A DNA stretch of 64,000 bases from Thermoplasmatota archaeon (GCA_041601615.1 JBFIHX010000009.1:1-64000), one strand, 5' to 3'. Shown: positions 18,094 through 27,746, counted from the stretch's first letter. Program-made: numbers and translations. The notes: generated by a model not told the origin, from the sequence alone.

Positions 18094-18567
18094 TCATAGG
18101 CCTGTCCCGATGGCGAAGCAGGACGACATGAAAATCATGAGCAGGAAAAGCAAGGCCACTCCGCTCATCATTCCGACGCCTTGGGGTGTGAGGGTTTCTG
18201 CTGTGGGTTCCTCCGTTTCGGCGTCGATTCGCAGCCGTTTGACCCATCCGGATGTGAGCCAGGCAAAGCCGAAGACGAGCCCTCCGATGTAGAGCCACCA
18301 GAAGAGCGGCCCGAAGTCAGATCCACGGTACACGAGCAGAAAGTGTCCGCCGAGTGCGGTCAGTGCCGCCACCGGGAGCACCACAATCAGCGTCAGGAAG
18401 GTGATGGTGTTTTGGACGGAGTTTACCTCGGCGAGGCGAGGTTTTTGAGGAGGAGCGGCCTTTGCAACAGGGAAGGGGGCGGGTTGTATTGGCGTTGTAG
18501 CCTGTGTGCCGAGTTGGGATAGGAGGGCTTGCACGTCCTCTTCTTCGTGGCTGGGCCCGTCGATCAC
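18094..18567 (-). CDS. 3-TM membrane protein, paralog 3 (C-terminal SSCF)
   Basis: GTG start overlaps the radical SAM stop (GTGA); VVLP, WVKRLR, MSSCF. Confidence 0.75.
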   Translation of the reverse strand: MIDGPSHEEEDVQALLSQLGTQATTPIQPAPFPVAKAAPPQKPRLAEVNSVQNTITFLTLIVVLPVAALTALGGHFLLVYRGSDFGPLFWWLYIGGLVFGFAWLTSGWVKRLRIDAETEEPTAETLTPQGVGMMSGVALLFLLMIFMSSCFAIGTGL

Positions 18568-20003
18568 ACGGCCCTCCTCAGGGGCGCTCGTGCGGCTTCG
18601 GCGTGGGCGCGCAGGGGTGCTAGATGTTCGGCTTCGAGTTTGCCTCGGTAGAACAAGTTGTAGGTGTCGAAGGGAATGAGGCGGCCGTCGACGGGGTGTA
18701 CGATGCTTACACAGCTTTTCTTGACGCTGCGCACGTCGAAGCCGTGGGCGTCGATGAATTCCATGATGATGACTCGGAAGAGGTCCTTGTAGCCGAGGCC
18801 TGGAACGTCTGCTTGCGGCAGGCAGCACAATAGTTCCTTGAGTTTTTGCACCCCGCCTTCGGGTCCGTGGTTGGTGGCAAAGAGTCGGAAGACGGCTTCG
18901 CGCACTTCGGGTTCGTGTTCGTAGACGATGGTGTTGCGGCGACCGGCAAGGAGAGCTTCGGGGCCGATGAGGCCGGTGAGGGGCACGGTTTTGTCGCCGG
19001 CGCGCAGCGCATAGGCCATGGCGAGGCAGTCGGGGTGGCAGGGGACGGGGATGATGTCGTCGGGGCTGAAGACTTCGCTTTGTTCGAGGATGCGGCGGCG
19101 TACTTCGGTTAGCGTGAGGCGGTCGCGGCTGATGTCGTAGTCGTCGAGGCGGCCGGCGTCTTGGATGGGTTGGAAGGTAACGCCGCGCACGCATTTCCAG
19201 CTCAAGGCGTGGTCGATGATGGCGCCGAGTTCGTGGTCGTTGAGGCCTTTTTTGACCACGACGACGAGATTGGTGTTGATGCCGTGGGCTTCGAGGTTTT
19301 CGAGGGCCTTGCGCCGCACGTCGGCTAGGTCTACGCCTCGTAGGTCGCGCAGGGCGTCGGGTTGCAGGCTGTCGAATTGCAGGTAGACTTCGAAGCCGGG
19401 CATGTAGGTGGCAAGGCGGGCCACAAATTCGGGGTCCTTGGCGATGCGGACTCCGTTGGTGTTGATCATGAGGTGTTTGATGGGCCGAGCACGGGCGGCG
19501 TCGAGGATGGCAAAGAAGTCGGGGTGGATCGTTGGCTCGCCGCCGCTGATTTGCACGACGTCGGGTTCGCCTTCGTTGCGCACGACGGCGTCGAGCATCG
19601 CTTCCACTTCGGCAAGGCTGCGGTATTCTTGCCGTTCGGGGCTGCTGTCGGCGTAGCAGACGGGACAGCGTAGGTTGCAGGCGTCGGTGATTTCGATGAG
19701 GCTGAGGCAGGAGTGTTGTTCGTGGTCGGGGCAGAGGCCGCAGTCGTAGGGGCAGCCCCAGCGGGTGGGGGTGTTGTACTTGAGCGGCATTTCGGGGGGT
19801 TTGATGTAGACCTCGCGGGCGCGGCGGTAGTAGTCGATATCGTCGGCAACCAGCACGCGCTCGGGGCCGTGTTCGGGGCAGTCTTTCAGCAGCAGGACTT
19901 TGTCGTCTTGGAACACGATTTTGCCGTCGACGCGGCGGTGGCAGGTGCTGCAGATGCTGACGGCGATGTCGTAGTAGGTGTAGGGGCGCACTCGGTCGGT
20001 CAT
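18564..20003 (-). CDS. Radical SAM enzyme, tetraether synthase (Tes/GDGT-MAS, MJ0619)-like family
   Basis: N-terminal CSTC...CPEHG, GCPYDCGLCPDH, CNLRCPVC (CxxxCxxC), SGGEPT, NTNG, YLQFD, C-terminal KKSCV...DGRLIPFDTYN. Confidence 0.85.
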   Translation of the reverse strand: MTDRVRPYTYYDIAVSICSTCHRRVDGKIVFQDDKVLLLKDCPEHGPERVLVADDIDYYRRAREVYIKPPEMPLKYNTPTRWGCPYDCGLCPDHEQHSCLSLIEITDACNLRCPVCYADSSPERQEYRSLAEVEAMLDAVVRNEGEPDVVQISGGEPTIHPDFFAILDAARARPIKHLMINTNGVRIAKDPEFVARLATYMPGFEVYLQFDSLQPDALRDLRGVDLADVRRKALENLEAHGINTNLVVVVKKGLNDHELGAIIDHALSWKCVRGVTFQPIQDAGRLDDYDISRDRLTLTEVRRRILEQSEVFSPDDIIPVPCHPDCLAMAYALRAGDKTVPLTGLIGPEALLAGRRNTIVYEHEPEVREAVFRLFATNHGPEGGVQKLKELLCCLPQADVPGLGYKDLFRVIIMEFIDAHGFDVRSVKKSCVSIVHPVDGRLIPFDTYNLFYRGKLEAEHLAPLRAHAEAARAPLRRAV

Positions 20004-20749
20004 GGTGTCGGCTCCGGGGTGGGGCGAAGGGCAAGAAGGCGGGGAATGTGGCGGCTGTAGACGAGGAGCGTGGCGAGTGCGGCCCATTGGATGGTGGCGA
20101 GTCCAAGCAGCGTGGGGGCGGGCTGGATGAAGCCTACGAGGAAGCGCCAGGCCATGTAGCCGACCAAGAAGAGTTTGAATTGGTCGCCGTTGGCGTGCGG
20201 GGTGTCCATGCGGCGCCACAACACGGCCGCGAGGACGAGCAGGAAGCCAATTTCGTAGAGTTGCGTGGGGTGGCGCAGAACGCCGTCGCCAAAGTCCACG
20301 CCCCAGGAGCTGCCGGTTGCGATGCCGTAGGTTCGGTCGGGAAGGCCTGTCAGGAAGCACCCGATGCGTCCGATGGCGATGCCGAGGGCGAGGGGGACGG
20401 CGTAGAGGTCTCCGGTGCTGTGGGTGATGCCCATGCGGCGCTTGGCTAGTTCTACGGCGATGGTTCCGCCCAGCAGGCCGCCGACGATGGTTTTGCCTTC
20501 CATCCACGTATACCAGTCGCCGCGTCCGGCCCAGACGGCTGCGGGGTCTACGAGCCAGGCGAGCACTTTGGCGCCCACGAATGCGCCGGCGACGGTGATG
20601 ACGAGCAACAGGAGGCGTTGTTCGGTGCCAAACGGTTCGCTTCGGGTGCGGCGAAGGTATTGAAACAACTGGAATCCAATCGCGTAGGCCAGCAATTCAA
20701 AGATCGGGTGCGGATGAATGGAGCCGAAGAGGAGGACGGGGAAGTTCAT
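20000..20749 (-). CDS. lgt: Prolipoprotein diacylglyceryl transferase-like protein
   Basis: IGRIGCFLTG, HPTQLYE and Y...RF motifs; GKTIVGG replaces canonical GMSFHGG; ATGA overlap with the radical SAM gene. Confidence 0.85.
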   Translation of the reverse strand: MNFPVLLFGSIHPHPIFELLAYAIGFQLFQYLRRTRSEPFGTEQRLLLLVITVAGAFVGAKVLAWLVDPAAVWAGRGDWYTWMEGKTIVGGLLGGTIAVELAKRRMGITHSTGDLYAVPLALGIAIGRIGCFLTGLPDRTYGIATGSSWGVDFGDGVLRHPTQLYEIGFLLVLAAVLWRRMDTPHANGDQFKLFLVGYMAWRFLVGFIQPAPTLLGLATIQWAALATLLVYSRHIPRLLALRPTPEPTP

Positions 20750-20868
20750 GGGTTCCCCCGGAAGGTCATGGGGGGCGAGCGGCGGCGCTCGTTTAGAAGG
20801 TGATGGGCGGATTGGCGGGGTTTGGCTCCGGCGCAAAGCGTCAAGCCGGGGCGGCTCCCTCGGCGGTC

Positions 20869-21252
20869 ATGGACCTGCACGAGTTTCGCGCCGAACGGCA
20901 GCGCAAGACGGATCATTTGCTCAAGGAAGACCACCGCGATTTGAAGCGGTTTTTTGCGCTCGACAGTGCCGCCTACCGCGATGGGGCGTTGGATGGCAAG
21001 ACGAAGGAGCTGTTGGGTCTCGTGGCCAGCACGGTGCTGCGTTGCAACGACTGCATTGCGTACCACTGTGACCAGGCGGTGCAGGTGGGGTGGGAGAAGG
21101 ATGAGATTCTTGACGCCTTGAACGTGGCCTTGGTCGTCGGCGGCAGCATTACGATTCCGCACATTCGCACGGTGTGGGAAGTGGTGGATCAGTTGTTCGA
21201 AGAGAAAGCAGCGAACGCCGAGAAGGCCGAAGCGGCGGACCCCGAGGCCTAA
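20869..21252 (+). CDS. Carboxymuconolactone decarboxylase/AhpD-like protein
   Basis: DGALDGKTKEL, RCNDCIAYH, VVGGSITIPH. Confidence 0.9.
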   Translation: MDLHEFRAERQRKTDHLLKEDHRDLKRFFALDSAAYRDGALDGKTKELLGLVASTVLRCNDCIAYHCDQAVQVGWEKDEILDALNVALVVGGSITIPHIRTVWEVVDQLFEEKAANAEKAEAADPEA

Positions 21253-21269
21253 GTTCCAGGAGTTGCCAT

Positions 21270-22169
21270 ATGAGCCTCGTGCGCGCCGCCGTTGCCGTCG
21301 CCCTTCTGCTGGCTGTTGTTCTTGCAGGGTGCAGTGGTCCGCCGGGGTTCGAGTCGGACAAGCCTAGCTCGGGCGGTGGCGTTGGAACTGGCGGGGGCAC
21401 TGGAACAGGTGGGGACCCGGACGATGAACCTGGCGCGCCCGTGGTGCCGAGGCCGGCGCGTGTTGCGATGCTTCTGGGCTTTGATTTGGTGGATTGTTCG
21501 GGAGTTGAGAATCTGGGCATTCTTGATGCCGAGGTCGTCCAAGCGGCGCTCCCGAGTGGCTATGAGGTGCTGCCAGCCGACGATTTGGACGGGCTTCCCA
21601 AGGCGGTTGTGCAGTATGTTTGGGCGTCGTGCGGCGCGCTGCGCACTCCGTCGGCGACAGTCAACGATACGGTGTTCGGGTTTGTGTCCGTGGCCATTGA
21701 GCCCCCGGCGGATGCCTTAGCGGCCGACGAGCATTGGTATCGTTTGCGGATGCTGACCCAGGACGATGTTCTGGCAACACTTTGGACAGCCGCAGGGTAC
21801 GATGTGGCGACCAGCACCTACGCGGACACGTCGGTGATTGCAGGCTCCCCGATTGGCGGGAATGGATTGGAGGACCGCGATGTGTCGTTGGGTGGCTACC
21901 GAGTGCGTGGCGCTTTGACCATTGGTGCCCCAGATGAGCCAGTGCGTGCGGCGCATTACACGGAGGTTGCGAGCGGGCGATTGGAGTGGTCCGGTAGCTT
22001 CCACATCGACGCATTCCGACCGTTGCTTGGAACATTGGAGGTGGCTGCCGACGACCCGTTCTCGGATGCGTGGGCAAGCTCCCTTGATCGAGCCAACCAG
22101 CGCTACTTGGACGACGCGGCGTGGACGAGCAACAATTTGTGGCTTAGAGCGCCCGCAGGAACTCCTTGA
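21270..22169 (+). CDS. Lipoprotein of unknown function
   Basis: LAGC lipobox, Gly-rich linker, globular domain resembling 39766-40560. Confidence 0.75.
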   Translation: MSLVRAAVAVALLLAVVLAGCSGPPGFESDKPSSGGGVGTGGGTGTGGDPDDEPGAPVVPRPARVAMLLGFDLVDCSGVENLGILDAEVVQAALPSGYEVLPADDLDGLPKAVVQYVWASCGALRTPSATVNDTVFGFVSVAIEPPADALAADEHWYRLRMLTQDDVLATLWTAAGYDVATSTYADTSVIAGSPIGGNGLEDRDVSLGGYRVRGALTIGAPDEPVRAAHYTEVASGRLEWSGSFHIDAFRPLLGTLEVAADDPFSDAWASSLDRANQRYLDDAAWTSNNLWLRAPAGTP

Positions 22170-23055
22170 CGCGGTCCACGAGCTTGGCAGGAATGTCTTC
22201 CTGGAGATAATGGCCGGCGTCTTCGAACCACTCGGGGGCGATCGCGCCGGGTAGGAGCTCGTGGAATAGGTGCGCGTAGCGCTTGGGAAATGCGGGGTCT
22301 TTGGTGCCCCAGAGGATTTGCGCGGGCACAGTTAGTGCACGTAGACCCTGTTCGATTTCCAGCATGGTGTCCCATTCGGGGTGTTTGGGGTTCGTGGGGA
22401 TCATGCGCGGGAACGCCACGACGCCGGCCCGGCTGCTGGGGGTGGGGAATGGGTGTCGGTAGCCGTCCATGACTTCCTTTGAGGGGGTTGCGACGAGGAG
22501 TTTAGGAATCATTTGTTCCACGAAGGCGTTTTTCTTGCCAAACAGGAACTCGCCGACGCGGGGCGCTTTCATGGCCTTGAACCAAAGGGGCAGTTGGGGG
22601 GCTCCGTGGGCGGCAAATGCCCAGGTGTTGAGGATGACGAGGCCGGCCAGTTTGTCGGGGTGCCTGGTGGCCCATCCGAGGCCAATGGGGCCACCCCAGT
22701 CTTGTACAACGGGCACGACTCGCTTGAGCCGGAGTTTGGTGGCGAATTCTTCGAGGTTCTGGATGTGCTGTTCGAGGGTGTAGTAGGCGGCGTCGGTGGG
22801 GTGGTCGCTGCGCCCAAAGCCCATGTGGTCGACGGCGATGACGCGGGCAACTTTGCTCAATTGGGCAATCCAGTCGCGGTACAGGAAGCTCCATGTTGGG
22901 TTGCCATGCAGAAGCAGGACCGTGGGTCGACCTAGGCCGGCGCGTCCCATGTCCACGTAGTGCATCGTGTGGCCGTCGTCGAGCGTAACGTAATGGTCCT
23001 CGAAGGGGTACAGGTTGCCCAGCGCCTCGTCGGCTATGCCGTTTTTGACGGCCAC
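22144..23055 (-). CDS. Alpha/beta hydrolase, haloalkane dehalogenase/OleB-like
   Basis: HGNPTWSF, GFGRSD, VQDWGG nucleophile motif, GHYLQED. Confidence 0.9.
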   Translation of the reverse strand: MAVKNGIADEALGNLYPFEDHYVTLDDGHTMHYVDMGRAGLGRPTVLLLHGNPTWSFLYRDWIAQLSKVARVIAVDHMGFGRSDHPTDAAYYTLEQHIQNLEEFATKLRLKRVVPVVQDWGGPIGLGWATRHPDKLAGLVILNTWAFAAHGAPQLPLWFKAMKAPRVGEFLFGKKNAFVEQMIPKLLVATPSKEVMDGYRHPFPTPSSRAGVVAFPRMIPTNPKHPEWDTMLEIEQGLRALTVPAQILWGTKDPAFPKRYAHLFHELLPGAIAPEWFEDAGHYLQEDIPAKLVDRVKEFLRAL

Positions 23056-23081
23056 GACCCCGCAATGGGCACATTGGACCC

Positions 23082-23735
23082 TTATGCTTTTGCCAATTGG
23101 GCGCCGTAGCGAGCGAGAATGGTCCGTGCCCCGGGGGTGTCGAGGTCGGTGTTGGCGTATGTGCTCCAGGCTTTGCCGTCGTGACGGCAGATTTCGGGGG
23201 TCCATTCGGGGTGTCCTTGCAGCGTCCAGATGGGTAGGTCGCGGTGGGCGAGGGCCGCGATGCCTCCGAATCCGCCGGTCGCCACGGCGTTCATGGTGGG
23301 CGGCACGGAGGTGACGTGGTCGCGGTGGGTGTGGATGAGAGACACGTTCCCGGCGGCAAAGGGTCCGGTGGCGTCGAATTCGATGGAAGGCACGCCCAGG
23401 CGCACGGCGTCGAAGCTGCCGATGGTTGCGCCGAAGTGGGCGGCGAGCATTTGATGGGCAAAGCAGACACCGAGCACGGGCACCCCGCCGTGGGCGGCGG
23501 CTTCGAGGGCGGCGGCGAGCGGCTTTGCCCAGTCTACGGTATCGAGCATCGCTTGGCTGCCGGTGACGAAGATGCCGGCAGCACCTGTGAGGGCGGATGC
23601 AAAGGTCGCTTCGTGTGGGTCGAGGACCACGAGGGGGCGGTCCGGCGCGACGTGGGCGTGTACGGATGCGACCACGAGCCGGCCGGCTTCCGGATCTACG
23701 ACGGATTCTAGGTCCACGACGACGAGTGGCCGCAT
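23082..23735 (-). CDS. Class I glutamine amidotransferase-like protein
   Basis: TGS, GVCFAHQ and QGHPE catalytic motifs. Confidence 0.85.
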   Translation of the reverse strand: MRPLVVVDLESVVDPEAGRLVVASVHAHVAPDRPLVVLDPHEATFASALTGAAGIFVTGSQAMLDTVDWAKPLAAALEAAAHGGVPVLGVCFAHQMLAAHFGATIGSFDAVRLGVPSIEFDATGPFAAGNVSLIHTHRDHVTSVPPTMNAVATGGFGGIAALAHRDLPIWTLQGHPEWTPEICRHDGKAWSTYANTDLDTPGARTILARYGAQLAKA

Positions 23736-23783
23736 GGTGCGTGGCACCGAAGCGTTGGCATATGCAGCCATCGGTGCAGGCAG

Positions 23784-24464
23784 GTGGCGCTGGAGTCTGT
23801 GTGGCTGCTGGGGGTGTGGGGGTTGCTGCTTGCGTCGGTGGGGGTTGTGGTGGTTGCGGGGCAGTGGCGGGCGCGGGGTGGGGCGCGAGCGGGTGTGCGG
23901 ACGGGCGTGCGGGCGGCTGGTACCCTAGTGGCTGGCGCGATGGTGCTCGTTCTGGCGGCGGCTTGGGGTGCATGGGGTTCGGCGTACGGTATGTGGATTT
24001 GGGCGGCGTTGAGTTTGTCTTGGATGGCGCAGGCGTTGCTGGCGTCGGCTCGGTCGAAGTTGTTTTTGCTGGGTCTTGGTGCGACCCTCGCTGCGAGGCT
24101 TGCGCTGGCGGTTGCTTGCAGCGTGTTGGAGCAGGATCGGTTCGTGTCCGTATCGGGGGCCTTGACGCTTGGTTCGTTGGCGTACTTGTTCGTCCTGGCG
24201 CCGTTGCAGCGTGCCGTTCCAATGGGGCTTCGCCGGGGCATGATTGCGCTGGTGGCGATGCTGGTGTTGCTTGTGGCGTCGGCGATGGGTGCAACGAGTG
24301 CCGGGCGCGGGCCGATTCTGTTGCTGGCTGCCCTGTTGTTGGTGCTGGCGGACCTTGTGATGGTGCGCCAGCGGTTCGTGCGCAACGATTGGCTCGGCTC
24401 CGCTCTTGGCACGCCGTTGCTCGTTGCGGCTTTGGTGCTGTTTGCTTACTCAATCACGGAGTGA
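23784..24464 (+). CDS. Polytopic membrane protein, possibly a divergent YhhN-like protein
   Basis: About seven TM helices; LADLVMVRQRF loosely resembles the YhhN SD..L...RF motif. Confidence 0.5.
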   Translation: MALESVWLLGVWGLLLASVGVVVVAGQWRARGGARAGVRTGVRAAGTLVAGAMVLVLAAAWGAWGSAYGMWIWAALSLSWMAQALLASARSKLFLLGLGATLAARLALAVACSVLEQDRFVSVSGALTLGSLAYLFVLAPLQRAVPMGLRRGMIALVAMLVLLVASAMGATSAGRGPILLLAALLLVLADLVMVRQRFVRNDWLGSALGTPLLVAALVLFAYSITE

Positions 24465-26418
24465 GCCGGCGGCGGGCGGCGGCTACGAAGGCGGCACTGG
24501 CGCCGAGGGCGACGAGGAGCAGGCCGGTGCCTGGGCCCGGGCTCTTTTCTCGGGGTAGGTCTTGGGTCGGTTCGACTTCCACGGATTGTTCCACGACGAT
24601 GCGTTGGACGTACTGGTCCGTGAGGCGCCAGTCGTCGGTGACCAAGAGGCGGACGCTGAAGGTGCCGGGGCGCTCATAGGTGTGTTCGGGGCTGGATTCG
24701 GTGCTGCGTGAGCCGTCGCCGAAGTCCCAGAGCCAGGATTCGATGGTGCCGTCGCTGTCGTGGCTTAGATCAGAGAAGTACACGGGTGTGCCCGCCGTGG
24801 GGTCGCTGGGCGTGAAGGTCCAGTCGGCCATCGGCGGCTCGTAGGGTGCGTCGTCGCCCACGACGAGGCGTTGGAGGTTCCAGGCGCTGTTGCCCGCTTC
24901 ATCTACGACCGTGAGGTTGATGCTGACGGCGCCGAAGGACGCGTATTCGTGGAATGCACGAACGCCCGTGTCGGTGGTTCCGTCGCCCCAGTCCCAGACG
25001 TATTGAAGCGTGGTTCCTTCTGGGTCTAGGCTGCTGCTGGCGTCCACTTTGACCTTGGTTTCATGTTCTTGGATCGTGAAGGATGCCACCGGGGGCGCGT
25101 CGCCTTCGACACCGGGCTCGGTCAGTCCAGAGCCCGTGGGTTCCAAGGGCATGGGCGGTACGTGGGCGTAGCTGACTTTGCGGGTGCTGGTGCTGCCGTC
25201 GTCGCCGTAGGCAACGTGGATGCCGCCCCATTTGTCGTGGTCGACCATGAAGTAGTCCAGCAGGTCGCGGTCGGCGTTGGAGTCCGTGCTGCATCCGATG
25301 CCGCTCATGCAAATGTCGCCTACATGGTTCGGTTCCTCGGTCAAGCGGAGGTGTCGGATGCTTGGTTCGTCGCTCCAGAAGTTGTCGACGATGGCGAGGT
25401 AGACGTTGAAGGCGCCTGCGAAGTCCGAGTCGCTTGGGTCTCCTGGGGTTTCGGAGCCGTACCAGGCGACCGCGAGTTGTCCGTTGTGTACGCTGAGGGT
25501 CGCAAATGCGTTGCTTTGCAACACCGGGGGACTGATGGTGAGCGATCGAGGCGCTCCGGCAAACCCGCGCAGTCCGGACAGGTAGATGCCGGTGTTGTCG
25601 GTTTTGGCGGCGGCCGAGTACAGCGCGTCGCCTTCGGTGGCAAGTTGGATCATGTTGTTTGCGCCAAGGCCTCCTACGAACATGGTGCGCACGTCGGCGC
25701 CTCCGAGGCAGCTGCCTTGGAATCGGTAGGCGGTGCCGTCGTCGTCGGCGTAGTAGAAGTTCCCGTCGTCATCGAAGACGGCGTTGCCGCCTTGGGGGCT
25801 GCCGGCAAGTGGATCGCGGTCGATCCATGTGGCGCCCTTGTCGGTGCTGCGGGCACAGTGCTCGAAGAAGCCCGTGGCCACGGCGGGGGCGTCGAAGTAA
25901 AACAGTACTACTTCGCCGTCGCCTTGGGCGGCAAGCCAGGGTCGGTCGGTGGTGCCGCTGACGGCTGCGGCGCGGGTGGTGCTTGCCCATGTCTTGCCGT
26001 TGGTGCTGCGGCTGACGTCGATGTCGGGGCCGATGAGGGCAGCGGCGTAGAGGGCGCCCGTGTCGTCTTGGGCCAGTGCCCAGCCGTCCACGAATACACT
26101 TGGAAGCAGGAAGTTGGGCATCTTGTTCCAGGAGGTGCCGTTGTCGTCGGAGTAGTAGGCTCCGGTGGTGTCGCCGATCCACAAGAATTCTCCATCACGG
26201 TCGGCCAAGATGCTTGGTTCGGCGCCGCCGCTAACACGGGTGCCGGCCGGCATGGGGGTGTCCAGCAGCCACACGTTGGGGCGGTAGGGCAGGGGCTCGT
26301 CCGGCGCATCGTTGCTACCCGGCGACGCTGTTTGGTCCTCCATGGGCAGGGGAGTGCTGTCCATGCAACCGGCGAGTCCGGCAACCAAGACCATGCAAAC
26401 AAGCCAAATTCGGGCCAC
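24454..26418 (-). CDS. Cell-surface lipoprotein with BNR/Asp-box propeller, two PKD domains and a C-terminal membrane anchor
   Basis: LAGC lipobox; SDDNGTSW, STNGKTW and STDKGATW Asp-boxes; WDWGDG and WDFGDG PKD motifs; SPGPG-TM-RRR tail. Confidence 0.85.
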   Translation of the reverse strand: MARIWLVCMVLVAGLAGCMDSTPLPMEDQTASPGSNDAPDEPLPYRPNVWLLDTPMPAGTRVSGGAEPSILADRDGEFLWIGDTTGAYYSDDNGTSWNKMPNFLLPSVFVDGWALAQDDTGALYAAALIGPDIDVSRSTNGKTWASTTRAAAVSGTTDRPWLAAQGDGEVVLFYFDAPAVATGFFEHCARSTDKGATWIDRDPLAGSPQGGNAVFDDDGNFYYADDDGTAYRFQGSCLGGADVRTMFVGGLGANNMIQLATEGDALYSAAAKTDNTGIYLSGLRGFAGAPRSLTISPPVLQSNAFATLSVHNGQLAVAWYGSETPGDPSDSDFAGAFNVYLAIVDNFWSDEPSIRHLRLTEEPNHVGDICMSGIGCSTDSNADRDLLDYFMVDHDKWGGIHVAYGDDGSTSTRKVSYAHVPPMPLEPTGSGLTEPGVEGDAPPVASFTIQEHETKVKVDASSSLDPEGTTLQYVWDWGDGTTDTGVRAFHEYASFGAVSINLTVVDEAGNSAWNLQRLVVGDDAPYEPPMADWTFTPSDPTAGTPVYFSDLSHDSDGTIESWLWDFGDGSRSTESSPEHTYERPGTFSVRLLVTDDWRLTDQYVQRIVVEQSVEVEPTQDLPREKSPGPGTGLLLVALGASAAFVAAARRRLTP

Positions 26419-26486
26419 GGGTGTTGGACGGTCGGGGCATACTTGACCGTTGGCGGATTCTGCTCTCCCCTTTCCCGTGCTTTTTG

Positions 26487-27746
26487 TCACTCCGCGAAGA
26501 CACCGCTCATGATCTTGAGTCCCTGTTCCATGGTGGTCCAGGTGGCGCCGGCGTGGAATGGCTCGCCGTTGCGGAACCGATACGGAAGTACCGTGCCGAG
26601 CATTTTTTTGCCCAGTCGCCAGACGCGGTTGGTTCCGACTTTGTATTCGCTGGCGTCGTTGGCTCGGACTCGGACGGGAAGGTCGGGGTCGCCGGAGAGT
26701 TCGAGGGGAACGTTGGCGAATGTGGCGGTTTGGTAGCGCTCCATGATGCACATGCTATCGGCGACGAATTCCGCGTCGAAGGGTTCTCCAAGGATGCGGC
26801 AGGCAAGGTGTTCGGCGGCGGCGTCGGCTTGCAAGAGGGCGAGGAATGCTTGTTTGACTGGGAAGTTTCCCGCGTCGCCCACGGCGTAGATGTCTGGGTG
26901 CCCGTTCACTTGCCTGGTGCCGTGGTCGCATTGTAGGAACCCTCGATCGTCTGATGGGAGTTCAGGATACAAGGTCGCGGCGCGGTACGGCGGAAACGAG
27001 ATGAGGAGGTCAAACGGTTCGCTTGGCCCAGTCTCGAATTCTACGCAATCAGCTTGTACGCGCTTGACGCGTCGTTCGAGTTGGCCTTGAATGTCTGCCA
27101 TGGCAAAACCTTCCACCACCACGTCGTGCAGGCGGGGGCCGAACACTTGGATGAATCCGTGCTCGAAGGTGGCATAGGTGATGGATACGGACCCCCTGGC
27201 GTCGTTGCGGCGCAACCAGGTGTCGAGCATGAACACCATTTCGTAGAGGGGGCCGGAGCACTTGTTGTTGGGCGGGACTAGGAAGAGGACCTTGCGTGTT
27301 TTGCCTGCGGCCACATCCGATAGGAGCGTTCCGAGTGCTTCACGCAGGCGCAGCATTTCGTCCGGTGTCCAAATGGTGCAGGCGTATTCAGCAAGGCCCG
27401 GAATTTCGGAGGGCACCATGGTTGCTCCGGTGGCCAGCACAAGCGTGTCGTAGCCAATGGTTTTCCCATCCACAATCACGGTTTTGTCCTGGGGATGTAC
27501 GGCCTCAACACGGCCCAAATGGAATTGGATGTCCTTCTTGAGCAATCCATCGAGGAAGGGGACGCGGTATTTTTCCGGGTCCTTGCCGAAGGGAATGTAG
27601 ATCGTGTTGGGCTTGAATTGAAAGATTGCGCTGTCGGACACCAGGGATATTTTGACCGCGTCTCCGGCGCGCTTTCGCAGATAAAACGCCGCTTCGAGGC
27701 CGCCGAAGCCACCGCCGACGACAAGCACATGGTGAGGAGACTGCAT
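26487..27746 (-). CDS. Sulfide:quinone oxidoreductase-like FAD-dependent oxidoreductase
   Basis: GGGFGG, YDTLVLATG, KCSGPLYE, YAVGD, SMCIME. Confidence 0.8.
   Translation of the reverse strand: MQSPHHVLVVGGGFGGLEAAFYLRKRAGDAVKISLVSDSAIFQFKPNTIYIPFGKDPEKYRVPFLDGLLKKDIQFHLGRVEAVHPQDKTVIVDGKTIGYDTLVLATGATMVPSEIPGLAEYACTIWTPDEMLRLREALGTLLSDVAAGKTRKVLFLVPPNNKCSGPLYEMVFMLDTWLRRNDARGSVSITYATFEHGFIQVFGPRLHDVVVEGFAMADIQGQLERRVKRVQADCVEFETGPSEPFDLLISFPPYRAATLYPELPSDDRGFLQCDHGTRQVNGHPDIYAVGDAGNFPVKQAFLALLQADAAAEHLACRILGEPFDAEFVADSMCIMERYQTATFANVPLELSGDPDLPVRVRANDASEYKVGTNRVWRLGKKMLGTVLPYRFRNGEPFHAGATWTTMEQGLKIMSGVFAE

Noticed and set aside
18094-20507. Long N-terminal extensions in the ORF track (670 aa and 647 aa) suggesting fusions
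   Set aside because: The extensions are Arg/Pro-rich off-frame readings of upstream genes; true starts at 18567 and 20003 are marked by stop-start overlaps.
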